Assembly: GCA_046545815.1 (NCBI GenBank)
Contig: JBKGZA010000003.1
Span: 1-54,774, forward strand
DNA: 54,774 bases
Origin: Bacteroidales bacterium
GTDB taxonomy: Bacteria > Bacteroidota > Bacteroidia > Bacteroidales > UBA12077
Direction of reading: 5' to 3'
This document shows, one piece after another, positions 9,170 to 19,020 of this stretch. The position numbers and the translations under genes are program-made. The notes under the pieces were generated by a model. It was not told the origin of the DNA. It saw only the letters and a program-made list of their open reading frames with translations, and ran no database searches. The stretch's first letter is position 1, and every line of letters starts with the position of its first letter.

Positions 9170-12097
9170 TTATTTTAATGCATGATATAAAACTTCTACA
9201 GGATGCAAAGCCTTACGGGAAGTACCATCCATGATCTGATGCCTGCAGCTGGTACCGGGGGCAGCAATAACTGTTTTCTGGTCTGCAGCTCTAACAGCAG
9301 GAAACAAAACCAGTTCCCCGATTTTCATGGATGTGGCATAATGTTCCTTTTCATAGCCAAAAGACCCTGCCATTCCGCAACAGCCTGAAGGAATCTCCTC
9401 CACATGATGGTTTTCAGGAAACGAAAGGGTCAACCGCGTCGGATCGGTGGAAGCAACAGCTTTCTGCTGGCAATGCCCGTGAAGTAATATTTTGGTATCT
9501 TCATCGGTAAACTGTGCTTTTTTGATGTTACCGTTTTCCATCTCACGAGCCAGAAATTCATCAATCATAAAGGCATTGGATGCAAGTTTCTCCGAGATTT
9601 CCTTGTTTCCGGGTGTAGCAAGATCGGGATATTCATCGCGGAAAGCCAGAATCGCCGAAGGTTCAATTCCAACAAGTGGAGTGTCCTCGGTAATCTTATT
9701 TTCCAGAGCGCGGATGTTCCGGTTGGCAATTTTTTTGGCTTTTCTGACAAGTCCTTTTGACAACCAGGCACGTCCACTTTCCAGATGCCGGGGAATAATT
9801 ACATCGTAGCCCAGACGTTCAAGAAGCTGGATTGTTTTGATGCCGATATCGGTATCGTTATAATTGGTAAATTCATCGTTAAACAGATAAACCTTACCTT
9901 TTCGGAAAGTTTCGGCATGCAGGTCCTTTACATACCGTTTCATCCATTTAGAGAGGGTTTGTTTCTGCAACAGCGGCATACTGCGCCTGGTGGAGAAACC
10001 TACCGCGCGGTTAATCAATCCGGTGGTCACACGATTTTTCATGAAAAAATTATACAATCCCGGCCAGATTGATCCAAGCCGGTTCAAACGGTTGATATTA
10101 ACAATCATGCGGGTCCTTAAGGGAATGCCATTGGCATCGTAATAATGCTGGAGAAATTCCGCCTTAAGCTTGGCTACATCCACATTGGATGGACATTCAG
10201 TTTTACAGGCCTTACAAGAAAGGCACAATTCCATTACCTCATAGATTTCCCTGTGGTTGAAACGGTTTTTCTTCGCGGAATGAGTTAGGAATTCCCTGAG
10301 AATATTGGCCCTGGCTCTTGTGACGTCGTTTTCTTTTCGTGTGGCCATGTAGCTGGGACACATGGTTCCCCCGGTCAATTCCGTTTTCCGGCAATCCCCG
10401 CTCCCATTGCATTTTTCAGTGGCTCTCAGAATGCCACCAACATCTGAAAAATCAAAAACCGTAGGAATTTCGGGAACTTCCTGGCCAGGCAGAAACCTGA
10501 GGCTTTCATTCATGGTAGGCACATCCACGATCTTCCCGGGATTGAAGATCTCATTAGGATCCCATGCATGTTTGACCTCTTTGAGAAGCTGGTAATTTTT
10601 ATCGCCCAGTATGATCGGAATAAATTCACCCCGCAACCTGCCGTCGCCATGCTCACCGCTGAGGGAACCGTTGTATTTTTTTACCAAATGAGCAATTTCC
10701 CGTCCTATGGTACGAAACATTTCCACATCCTTTGGATCCTTCAGATTCAAAATGGGCCGCAGGTGCAGCTCTCCGGAACCGATGTGGGCATAAAACACAC
10801 AATCCAGATCATACTGATTCAGTATCTTTTGGAAATCAGCCATATAATCGGGTAAAGCTTCAACATTCACCGCTGTATCTTCAATGATGGATACAGGCTT
10901 GGCATCTCCCTTCATGTTAGAAAGTATGCCCAGACCGGCTTTTCTCAGATTCCACACCTTGCTTGCTTCCGGCTCATGAATTAACGGAAAATAGTATCCA
11001 TATCCGGCTTTTTGAAAATCATGAACCATTTCTCGATGGATTCGCTCTATTTCATCTTTGGACTCCCTGGCAAACTCAATGATGAGTATGGCCTCTGGGT
11101 CACCCTTTACGAATTCCCGGTTTTTCTGCTGATCCCTGTTGTTTTTGGTCAGCTCAAGAATGTGGTGGTCCATCATCTCCACAGTGCCCGGGTTGTGCTC
11201 AAGCGCTATCAGATTGGCACGAAAGGCATCTTCTTTGCTATTAAAATGAGCGGCTATAACTGCACTGGTCTTTGGCGGGAGCGGTACCAGGTTAAGTTTG
11301 ATTTCCGTTATAAACATCAATGTTCCCTCCGATCCGCAGATCAGTCTGCTGAAATTGAAGGGCTGCCCGGATTCTTCCGAATAAATCTCGGAATCCAACA
11401 ACAAATCTATGGAATATCCTGTATTCCTTCGATAAATGGATTTATCCGGATACTCCCTTTCTATTTCTTTTTGATTGACGGGATTGCTTAAAATCTCATG
11501 GATGCGCTTATAAATCTTCGACTCCAGGGAATCACCCTGGAGTTTTCGGTAAAATTCCTCCCGTGTGAGAGGTCCGAATTCCGCTTCGGAACCGTCACTT
11601 AAAAAACCTTTCACTGAGATGGTATGATGTCTGGTGGTGCCATAAAGCAGAGAATGAGCGCCGCATGCATTATTACCCACCATGCCTCCGATCATACAAC
11701 GATTGGCTGTGGAGGTCTCCGGTCCAAAAAACAACCCGTAATCTTTGAGAAAAAGATTCAGTTCGTCCAGTATCACTCCGGGCTGAACCCTTACCCATTG
11801 CTCCTCAGGATTGACTTCCAGTATATCGGTCATGTACCTTGATACATCAACTACAATTCCCGGCCCGACTACCTGACCGGCAAGGGAAGTACCGGCTGTT
11901 CTGGGAATCAATGAAGCTCCGGCTTCCTGTGCAAGATGGATCAGTGTAATTACATCCGTTTTGTCTTTAGGCAAAGCAACAGCCAGTGGAAGTTCCCGGT
12001 AGGCTGAAGCATCAGTGGCATAAAGCAGTCTGGTCTTTTTGTCTGTACAGAGCTCACCTTTTAGTTTGTGTTGATACGCTTGAAGCAAATTATCCAT
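9170..12097 (-). CDS. FAD-linked oxidase with 4Fe-4S and CCG domains (YdiJ/GlcD-like)
   Basis: YATDASAY, GTSLAGQ, SGEHGDG, CNGSGDC, CLSCKACKTECP, CCGMAGSFGYE motifs. Confidence 0.9.
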   Translation of the reverse strand: MDNLLQAYQHKLKGELCTDKKTRLLYATDASAYRELPLAVALPKDKTDVITLIHLAQEAGASLIPRTAGTSLAGQVVGPGIVVDVSRYMTDILEVNPEEQWVRVQPGVILDELNLFLKDYGLFFGPETSTANRCMIGGMVGNNACGAHSLLYGTTRHHTISVKGFLSDGSEAEFGPLTREEFYRKLQGDSLESKIYKRIHEILSNPVNQKEIEREYPDKSIYRRNTGYSIDLLLDSEIYSEESGQPFNFSRLICGSEGTLMFITEIKLNLVPLPPKTSAVIAAHFNSKEDAFRANLIALEHNPGTVEMMDHHILELTKNNRDQQKNREFVKGDPEAILIIEFARESKDEIERIHREMVHDFQKAGYGYYFPLIHEPEASKVWNLRKAGLGILSNMKGDAKPVSIIEDTAVNVEALPDYMADFQKILNQYDLDCVFYAHIGSGELHLRPILNLKDPKDVEMFRTIGREIAHLVKKYNGSLSGEHGDGRLRGEFIPIILGDKNYQLLKEVKHAWDPNEIFNPGKIVDVPTMNESLRFLPGQEVPEIPTVFDFSDVGGILRATEKCNGSGDCRKTELTGGTMCPSYMATRKENDVTRARANILREFLTHSAKKNRFNHREIYEVMELCLSCKACKTECPSNVDVAKLKAEFLQHYYDANGIPLRTRMIVNINRLNRLGSIWPGLYNFFMKNRVTTGLINRAVGFSTRRSMPLLQKQTLSKWMKRYVKDLHAETFRKGKVYLFNDEFTNYNDTDIGIKTIQLLERLGYDVIIPRHLESGRAWLSKGLVRKAKKIANRNIRALENKITEDTPLVGIEPSAILAFRDEYPDLATPGNKEISEKLASNAFMIDEFLAREMENGNIKKAQFTDEDTKILLHGHCQQKAVASTDPTRLTLSFPENHHVEEIPSGCCGMAGSFGYEKEHYATSMKIGELVLFPAVRAADQKTVIAAPGTSCRHQIMDGTSRKALHPVEVLYHALK

Positions 12098-12240
12098 GAA
12101 AGCTTATTTTAGATCGATCAGACAAAAATAATAAGAAAAAACTGCCGAATCACTAAAAACAAAACTTAAAAACCTCTGCACTCACCTCAACCGTTTTCCC
12201 GGTATCTGAAGTTGCAGAGGTTTTCGATGTTTGAACCCTT

Positions 12241-12352
12241 TAGGCGCTTAAAGCGCAACTTGAACCAACATGTTGTTCAAACTTTATCTGAACATTGGTT
12301 TCTTTAGCGAAGCGCTTTTTTTCAGGTTTGTCTTGAAAAAAAGTAGTGCCTA
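12241..12352. repeat. ~112-bp palindromic repeat, module A (copy 1)
   Basis: About 89% identical by eye to 35261-35374; ends TAGGCGCT...AGTGCCTA. Confidence 0.85.
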
Positions 12353-12378
12353 AATAAGATTATCTTTCCATATTTGTC

Positions 12379-14826
12379 TTATTTCTTATCATAGGCAACC
12401 TTCAGCACATCACTAAAGTAATCCACAAAGTGGGGTGTTATCCCTTCCTTGAGATAATCGGGCAGTTCATCAAAATCTTTTTGGTTGTCTTTTGGGAAAA
12501 TCAGATTATATACACCGACCCTCCGGGCGGCTATTGTTTTTTCCCTTATACCGCCAATGGGCAATACTTTACCGGTAAGGGTCAGTTCGCCGGTCATAGC
12601 CAGGTCCTGTTTAACGGGCTTATCGGTTGCCAGACTATAAAGTGCGAGGGCCATGGTTATTCCTGCACTCGGACCATCTTTGGGTGTGGCTCCTGCAGGA
12701 ACGTGCAGGTGAATGAAGTTATCCTTGAAATAGTTTGCCAGCCCGTCATTACCTTTTTGTTCACACAAGAGCGAACGAACGTATGAATAGGCAATTTCAG
12801 AGGATTCCTGCATTACCTTTCCAAGCTGACCGGTTTGTTTAAAACCACCCTCTTTGCTTTTCACCGCAGAGGCTTCGACATACATGGTAGTTCCGCCCAT
12901 GGAGGTCCATGCCAGACCAAGCGAAACACCCGGCATTTTTTTGCTGTATAACTTTTCAGTGGTAAATACCGGATTGCCCAGAAATTTTTCCAGGTTGTTC
13001 TTGGTGACAGAAAACCTTTTCTGTCCTGTTTCAGACTGCCTGAGAGTCACCTGACGCATGATCTTGGCAATGTTCTTTTCTAAACTTCTCACGCCGGCTT
13101 CTCTGGCATATTCGTCAATTATCCTTCTCAGTGCTTCATCTGAGATATTCACCTCACTTTTTTTCAAACCGTGCTCTTTAATTTGCCTGGGGATCAGGTA
13201 TTTTTTTGCAATCTGCACTTTTTCCTGAAGGATATAGCCCGGCAGCTTGATCACTTCCATCCTGTCAAGCAAAGGCCGTGGCACAGTATCCAACTGGTTG
13301 GCTGTGGTAATAAACAAGATATTGGACAAGTCATAGCGCACATCCAGGTAATGATCGAGAAAATCTTTATTTTGTTCCGGGTCCAGCACTTCAAGCAGTG
13401 CAGAAGCCGGATCACCCTGGAAGCTGACACCCATTTTGTCAATCTCATCCAGCATGATCACCGGATTGGAAGTACCGGTGCGCTTGAGGCTCTGAATCAC
13501 TTTACCTGGCATGGCTCCAATATAGGTTCTCCTGTGGCCCTTGATTTCGGCTTCGTCTCTCATACCTCCTACAGAAAAGCGGAAAAACTCGCGGTTCATG
13601 GAATCGGCTATCGACCGGCCCACAGAGGTTTTCCCTACACCCGGCGGACCTACAAGGCAAAGTATGGTTCCGGTATGCTTTCCCTTTTTGATTACTGTAC
13701 TGATGAATTCCAGAATGCGGTTTTTAACGTCTTTCAGGCCGTAGTGATCGCGGTCCAGAATTCTTCTTGCTTCCTGAATATCCAGTCTGTCCTGACTATA
13801 AATACCCCAGGGCAGCTCGGTTAGGGTATTCAGGTATGCCCGGGTGACCTGAAATTCCGATGAACTAGGCTCCAGCGTTTGCATTTTTTCAATTTCGCTA
13901 CTGATGACTTCTGCAGCCTCTTCTGTCAGCTTCAGATTCTTCATGCGATCCTTGAATTTCTGGATCTCCGATTCCTTATCATCTTTTTCTATTCCCAGTT
14001 CACGTTTAATCACTTTCAGCTGCTCCCTGAGGAAAAATTCCCTTTGCTGCTTGGAGACTTTCTCATTGATCTGTTTTTGAATTTCTTCCTGTATCTGAGA
14101 ACGCTCGATCTCCTCCTTCAGCAGCACGAGAAGTTTTTCACCCCGTTTATACAAATCGTAGGTTGCCAGGACATCCTGAAGCTTTTCTCCATCGGCCGTA
14201 AGCATGGCTGAGATCAAATCCATCAGCATACCCGGCTTTTCAATACTAATCTGGTTCAGCACCATCTTGATCTGCTCCTGAAATACCGGATTCTTTTTAA
14301 GCAGTTCTTTCACCGAAGAAACGATAGAAAGGGTATAAGCTTTTAATTCTTCCGAGGGTTTTTCATCAGGATCGCTGTAATATTTAACCTGCCACTGAAG
14401 TAACGGATCTTTCCTGACGGTCTTTTGGTGAGAAAACCTTTGCAGTCCCTGAACCAACACCTGAAGACTATTGTCCTGAACGGGCACGATTTTATGAATT
14501 TTAACTACCGTTCCGACCTCATACATTTCAGAATTCATAAAATCCTGCTGATTCGGTTCCCTGACCAGAACCAGTCCGAGAAAAGGCTGATTGCTGTTAG
14601 CAACGCGTTTTATGGCTTCCATAAACTTAGGGCCGGTGAAAGTCATCGGTACTGTTATACCCGGAAAAAATGGCCGGGTATCTACAGGCAAAACAGTTAA
14701 AATGTCAGGAAGCATATCAGAGACCACCGCAATATCAGATGAAACGGGTTGGCCTTGCTTATTCTGATAACCCTGAGTTTGTTCCTGTTGATTGTTCCGG
14801 TTGTTATTGTTTTGTTCGTCGCTCAT
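12379..14826 (-). CDS. lon: ATP-dependent Lon protease
   Basis: LON N-domain, GPPGVGKT Walker A, HRRTYIGAMPG, PKDGPSAG catalytic Ser. Confidence 0.97.
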   Translation of the reverse strand: MSDEQNNNNRNNQQEQTQGYQNKQGQPVSSDIAVVSDMLPDILTVLPVDTRPFFPGITVPMTFTGPKFMEAIKRVANSNQPFLGLVLVREPNQQDFMNSEMYEVGTVVKIHKIVPVQDNSLQVLVQGLQRFSHQKTVRKDPLLQWQVKYYSDPDEKPSEELKAYTLSIVSSVKELLKKNPVFQEQIKMVLNQISIEKPGMLMDLISAMLTADGEKLQDVLATYDLYKRGEKLLVLLKEEIERSQIQEEIQKQINEKVSKQQREFFLREQLKVIKRELGIEKDDKESEIQKFKDRMKNLKLTEEAAEVISSEIEKMQTLEPSSSEFQVTRAYLNTLTELPWGIYSQDRLDIQEARRILDRDHYGLKDVKNRILEFISTVIKKGKHTGTILCLVGPPGVGKTSVGRSIADSMNREFFRFSVGGMRDEAEIKGHRRTYIGAMPGKVIQSLKRTGTSNPVIMLDEIDKMGVSFQGDPASALLEVLDPEQNKDFLDHYLDVRYDLSNILFITTANQLDTVPRPLLDRMEVIKLPGYILQEKVQIAKKYLIPRQIKEHGLKKSEVNISDEALRRIIDEYAREAGVRSLEKNIAKIMRQVTLRQSETGQKRFSVTKNNLEKFLGNPVFTTEKLYSKKMPGVSLGLAWTSMGGTTMYVEASAVKSKEGGFKQTGQLGKVMQESSEIAYSYVRSLLCEQKGNDGLANYFKDNFIHLHVPAGATPKDGPSAGITMALALYSLATDKPVKQDLAMTGELTLTGKVLPIGGIREKTIAARRVGVYNLIFPKDNQKDFDELPDYLKEGITPHFVDYFSDVLKVAYDKK

Positions 14827-14873
14827 AATTTTTATTTTTTTATATATCCAAGATATATTTTTTTATTCCTATT

Positions 14874-14889
14874 TGCAAGTAATGTGCCA
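14874..14889 (-). promoter_or_regulatory. sigma-54 (-24/-12) promoter upstream of lon
   Basis: TGGCAC-ATTAC-TTGCA is an exact consensus match about 48 nt upstream of the ATG. Confidence 0.7.
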
Positions 14890-14980
14890 TCTCAACATAC
14901 TGAAATTCGGTATAGAATATTACAAACAATAATTTTATGAGTTTCAAAAGAGTAACAAGAAAGGCATGCCCAATTTTTAC

Positions 14981-15058
14981 CTAATTTGGCCCAGCCAAAA
15001 CCAAACAGGATACTTTCAAGGAATTTAATGTGTTTCCGTTTTGGCTTGTCCAAATTAG
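14981..15058. repeat. 78-bp MITE/REP-like element with 21-bp terminal inverted repeats (copy 1)
   Basis: 75/78 identical to the reverse complement of 50702-50779. Confidence 0.9.
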
Positions 15059-15174
15059 CAAAATTTCAGTCTATTTCAAGATCATAGAAAGCAATAAGCT
15101 CAGAGCAACAACAAGATCATTCTTTGGCGAGTTTCCCTAAGTGATTGTATTCCAGCTATTCCTACCGTTATTTA

Positions 15175-15828
15175 TCACCAGAAGGGATGTCGGTTAAATG
15201 AACGGAATGAGTTGAAAGAGTTGTGTCGGTTATAGGGCGAATAGGAATTAAAGCCGTCGGAGAAACGGAATTCGAAGTCTATGCTGGCATTTTCAGATAT
15301 TTTATACCCCATGCCCAAAGAAAAGGAATTATAATCGTTAGATTGACTGTTTATATCTTGGCCGGGATAAAGGTTAAAAGGAGCCATAGAATTTTCTGCA
15401 TGTTCTCCCTGGGCTCTTATGTACATTCTATCATTTGGCTGATAGGTACCCCCCAATGAGAGGGCATAGGAATTATCATTGGTATTCATGGGCATCAGAC
15501 CTCTTTCGGAAAGATTGAATCCTGATACGGAACTAAACGGTGAATGATTAGAATTGGAAATGACACCCGTAAAATTCAGTGTTAAGTCTGGATTTACCTC
15601 GTAATCAATACTTGGTGCCACGAAGGAATTCATCATCGAGTGACCTGAAAACGAAGTAAAACCGGTTCCTACGGTAACCCCAAAATCCAATTTATCGTTT
15701 GATTCCTTTGCTTTTTGTATGTCTGAGGAATCAATTGGTCTGTAAAAATTGGGCAATGGCTGAAACATCTGACTGGAACCAACTGCCGGCAATATAGTTA
15801 ACATGAGGAAATAAAACAATCTTTTCAT
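15175..15828 (-). CDS. exported hypothetical protein, probable outer-membrane beta-barrel
   Basis: Signal peptide, alternating beta-strand pattern, Ser/Asn/Phe-rich. Confidence 0.7.
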   Translation of the reverse strand: MKRLFYFLMLTILPAVGSSQMFQPLPNFYRPIDSSDIQKAKESNDKLDFGVTVGTGFTSFSGHSMMNSFVAPSIDYEVNPDLTLNFTGVISNSNHSPFSSVSGFNLSERGLMPMNTNDNSYALSLGGTYQPNDRMYIRAQGEHAENSMAPFNLYPGQDINSQSNDYNSFSLGMGYKISENASIDFEFRFSDGFNSYSPYNRHNSFNSFRSFNRHPFW

Positions 15829-15911
15829 CTCCGTAAGGTTTTAAAGTGATGACTTTACAAATTTATATAAAATTAAAATTATAACGTATTATTTTATGAA
15901 TTTAGTATAAT

Positions 15912-18137
15912 TCATCCTTTTTTGTCAGTTCGGGTTACCTTCAGAATGCCTTTTTCCTGCTTCAGTTTATTGATAAGGGATTGAAGGGTTTTTGTATCAG
16001 ATACATATAGATTAATATACCCATCAAACAATCCGTCATCGGAATCAATGGAAATGGAGCGCATTTTCACCTTCATATAATTTGAAATCACCTCGGAGAT
16101 GCGGTTGACTATTCCAATTTCGTCAATTCCTGATAACCTGATTCGTGTTTGAAAAGAGGACTTTTCCCTTGTTTTTTTCCATTGAACAGGAACCACCCGG
16201 TATTCATATTGTCTCATCAGTCTTTGTGCATTTACGCAACCTGCACGGTGTATTTTTATGCCTTCCGTTTTGGAAACAAAACCAAGAATGTCATCACCAT
16301 ATACGGGATTACAACACTTGGCCAGTTTGTAATCGATTCCTTTTAGCTCCTCTCCTATAAGTATAAAATCATCTGTTTCGGTTACCTCTTTTTTATGCGA
16401 TTCCCCGGTGGGTTTTTCCTGGATTTCGGTGTCATCTGCTTTTGCATTTTTTTCATGCTCTTTTTCTTCGGTGAGAAGATCTTTTATTTCACTTACATCA
16501 ATCTTTTCATTGCCCAGTTCGGCAAAAAAACGGGTGGCCTCTTTAATGTTATAATATTTAAGCAGCTTATTGATATTTTCCTGATTAAAAGGAATCTTCC
16601 AGTTTTTAAGGCGCCGTTTCATGAGCTCTCTTCCCATATCTGCTTCTTTCCTCAATTCTTCCTTTAAAGATTGCCGGATTTTCGACTTGGCTTTAGAGGT
16701 AACCACCATGCCCAGCCAATCATTTTTGGGTTTCTGGGTTTTTGAGGTAATCACCTCTACACTGTCTCCGTTATTCAGTTTGTACCTGATGGGAACATTT
16801 TTATTGTTCACTACACCCCCGACACACTGAGCGCCCACTTCGGAATGAATTTCAAACGCAAAATCCAGTACCGATGCACCCTCTGGTAAACGAATCAATT
16901 CTCCTTTGGGTGTGAATACAAAAATTTCCTGTGAAAGCAGACTCAAACGAACGTTGTCGATAATTTCCGAAGATGTGGCATCACTCGTCTCCAGAATATC
17001 TCGTATTTTACCCATCCAGTTGTCGAAAGCCTGATCTCCTTTAATTCCTTTGTATTTCCAGTGCGCTGCATACCCTTTCTCTGCTATGTCATCCATTCGT
17101 TTGGACCGTATTTGCACTTCTACCCATTTGCCTTCTGGTCCAATCACTGTTGTATGCAATGATTCATAACCATTGGATTTGGGATTGGAAATCCAGTCCC
17201 TCAGCCTCTCCGGATTGGGTCGGTAGAAATCGGAAACGATGGAATATACTTTCCAGCAATCCGCTTTTTCTGTTTTAGCCGGAGTATTCAGTATGATTCG
17301 TATGGCAAATATGTCATAAATCTGCTCAAATGGAACCCCCTGTTCTTGCATTTTCCGCCATATAGAGTATACCGACTTGGTTCTGCCTTTAATTTCGTAA
17401 GTAAATCCTTGATTGTCCAGTTCTTTCTGTATGGGATCGGAGAATTTCTTAATGAATCGATTCCTTCGGGCAGTAGTATTTTGTAATTTATTAACAATGG
17501 ATTTGTAGGTTTCACTTTCGGTATATTTCATGGATAAATCCTCAAGCTCCGATTTCATGGAATATAATCCCAAACGATGCGCAAGAGGGGCATAAAGCGA
17601 AAATGTCTGAACCGAAGTTTTAATCTGGTAATCTTTGGGCATATAGTCCATACGCCTCATTTCGTCGAGGAGGATGGCCAGGCGTATTAATATTACCCGT
17701 ATATCATTAGAAAGGGTTAACAGCAGTTTCCTGAAATTTTCCGGCTGAAATTTGGTTTCGCTTGTTTTGATCTCGAAAATTTTCAGCAATCCTTCTATAA
17801 TTTCCCCGACTTTCTCCCCGTATTCGTTGTTTACATAATTGATGGTCAGCCATTCCCTTCGGACCAGATCATAAAGTAAACTGGCCAGCACGGATTTGGT
17901 AGCCATACCAATCTCTTCAACAACAATCCTGGCAACCTCAAGCAGATGAAAAATGTAAGGATCCCCATTCGGTAATTTTGCATTTTGATACTTTTCAATG
18001 GCCTCATCCAAAGCTTTTCTGATGATCTCTGTATCTTCTTTCTTCAGAAAGGATTCTGATTTTTGAAGCAGTTCTTTATATCGAATGTAAATTTTCCGGC
18101 GATCCCCGAATTTTAGTTTTTCTTTCGTTTCAAGCAT
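15912..18137 (-). CDS. relA: long RelA/SpoT homolog with degenerate hydrolase domain
   Basis: Synthetase motifs (DIFAIRII, GYESLHTTV, EVQIR, AAHWKYK), TGS, ZFD (KCCNP) and ACT domains; HD motif reads LLYDLVRR. Confidence 0.9.
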   Translation of the reverse strand: MLETKEKLKFGDRRKIYIRYKELLQKSESFLKKEDTEIIRKALDEAIEKYQNAKLPNGDPYIFHLLEVARIVVEEIGMATKSVLASLLYDLVRREWLTINYVNNEYGEKVGEIIEGLLKIFEIKTSETKFQPENFRKLLLTLSNDIRVILIRLAILLDEMRRMDYMPKDYQIKTSVQTFSLYAPLAHRLGLYSMKSELEDLSMKYTESETYKSIVNKLQNTTARRNRFIKKFSDPIQKELDNQGFTYEIKGRTKSVYSIWRKMQEQGVPFEQIYDIFAIRIILNTPAKTEKADCWKVYSIVSDFYRPNPERLRDWISNPKSNGYESLHTTVIGPEGKWVEVQIRSKRMDDIAEKGYAAHWKYKGIKGDQAFDNWMGKIRDILETSDATSSEIIDNVRLSLLSQEIFVFTPKGELIRLPEGASVLDFAFEIHSEVGAQCVGGVVNNKNVPIRYKLNNGDSVEVITSKTQKPKNDWLGMVVTSKAKSKIRQSLKEELRKEADMGRELMKRRLKNWKIPFNQENINKLLKYYNIKEATRFFAELGNEKIDVSEIKDLLTEEKEHEKNAKADDTEIQEKPTGESHKKEVTETDDFILIGEELKGIDYKLAKCCNPVYGDDILGFVSKTEGIKIHRAGCVNAQRLMRQYEYRVVPVQWKKTREKSSFQTRIRLSGIDEIGIVNRISEVISNYMKVKMRSISIDSDDGLFDGYINLYVSDTKTLQSLINKLKQEKGILKVTRTDKKG

Positions 18138-18143
18138 ATCATA

Positions 18144-18932
18144 CTATTTTATCACAAACTCGTCGGCATCTAAACCAACGGGAAATTGTTCCCTGAACCG
18201 ATTCAATTCATCAAGAGACAATGATAAAGTTTCAACTGAATCCTTATGGGGTTGGGTACTGCTCAGGACGTTTCCCCTGGGATCAATGATCATGGAATCA
18301 CCCGAATAAGTCAGACCATTGCCATCCTTACCTATTCTGTTTACACCTATAACATATACCTGATTTTCCAGAGCCCGGGCTATAAGGAGAGCTCTCCACA
18401 CATGCCTTCTTGCTTCAGGCCAATTTGCCACATACACGGCCATCTCATAATCATCACGGTTGCGGCTCCACACCGGAAACCGTAAATCATAACAAACGAG
18501 GGGCAATATTCTCCATTTCCCAAGGTTGAATATTACCCTTTTCTGTCCTGCCGTGTAATGTTTATTCTCTTCACCCATTCTGAAGAGATGCCGTTTATCA
18601 TAGATTTCATAATTACCATCCGCAAATACAACGAATAACCGGTTGTAATAATTGCCATTTTCATGAATGATCACACTACCGGTTAATGTGATCCTTTTTT
18701 CTGAGGCTAAAGATTGCATCCACTTCAAGGCATTACCTTCGGTGGGTTCGGCCAGTCGCTCGGGCTGCATCGAAAACCCGGTAGTGAACATTTCGGGAAG
18801 AATAACCAGATCTGTATTCCGGGAAATCTTATTTATTTTATTTCTGAAATGAGTAAGATTTGTTTCGGGATCCTCCCAGGCCAGTTCAGTCTGAAGAATC
18901 GTTACGTTAAGATTTGTATCCTGATCATTCAT
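18144..18932 (-). CDS. nitrilase-family amidohydrolase (YafV/omega-amidase-like)
   Basis: LPEMFTTGF, YDKRHLF, VCYDLRFP give the Glu-Lys-Cys triad. Confidence 0.92.
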   Translation of the reverse strand: MNDQDTNLNVTILQTELAWEDPETNLTHFRNKINKISRNTDLVILPEMFTTGFSMQPERLAEPTEGNALKWMQSLASEKRITLTGSVIIHENGNYYNRLFVVFADGNYEIYDKRHLFRMGEENKHYTAGQKRVIFNLGKWRILPLVCYDLRFPVWSRNRDDYEMAVYVANWPEARRHVWRALLIARALENQVYVIGVNRIGKDGNGLTYSGDSMIIDPRGNVLSSTQPHKDSVETLSLSLDELNRFREQFPVGLDADEFVIK

Positions 18933-19020
18933 AATATTATACCATTGCTATTCTTAAACCAATCAAATTTAACATTTTCCTGAAAACAACGGCCCAATAT
19001 GGAGGTTAATTTTTGAAGGA

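Noticed and set aside
12241-12352. Dispersed repeats as CRISPR
   Set aside because: No regular repeat-spacer periodicity and no cas genes
13171-13824. 217-aa plus-strand ORF and similar long antisense ORFs (e.g. 30629-31306, 36670-37230)
   Set aside because: They lie opposite well-supported genes (lon, hemN, pyrD) and are explained by codon-bias shadows
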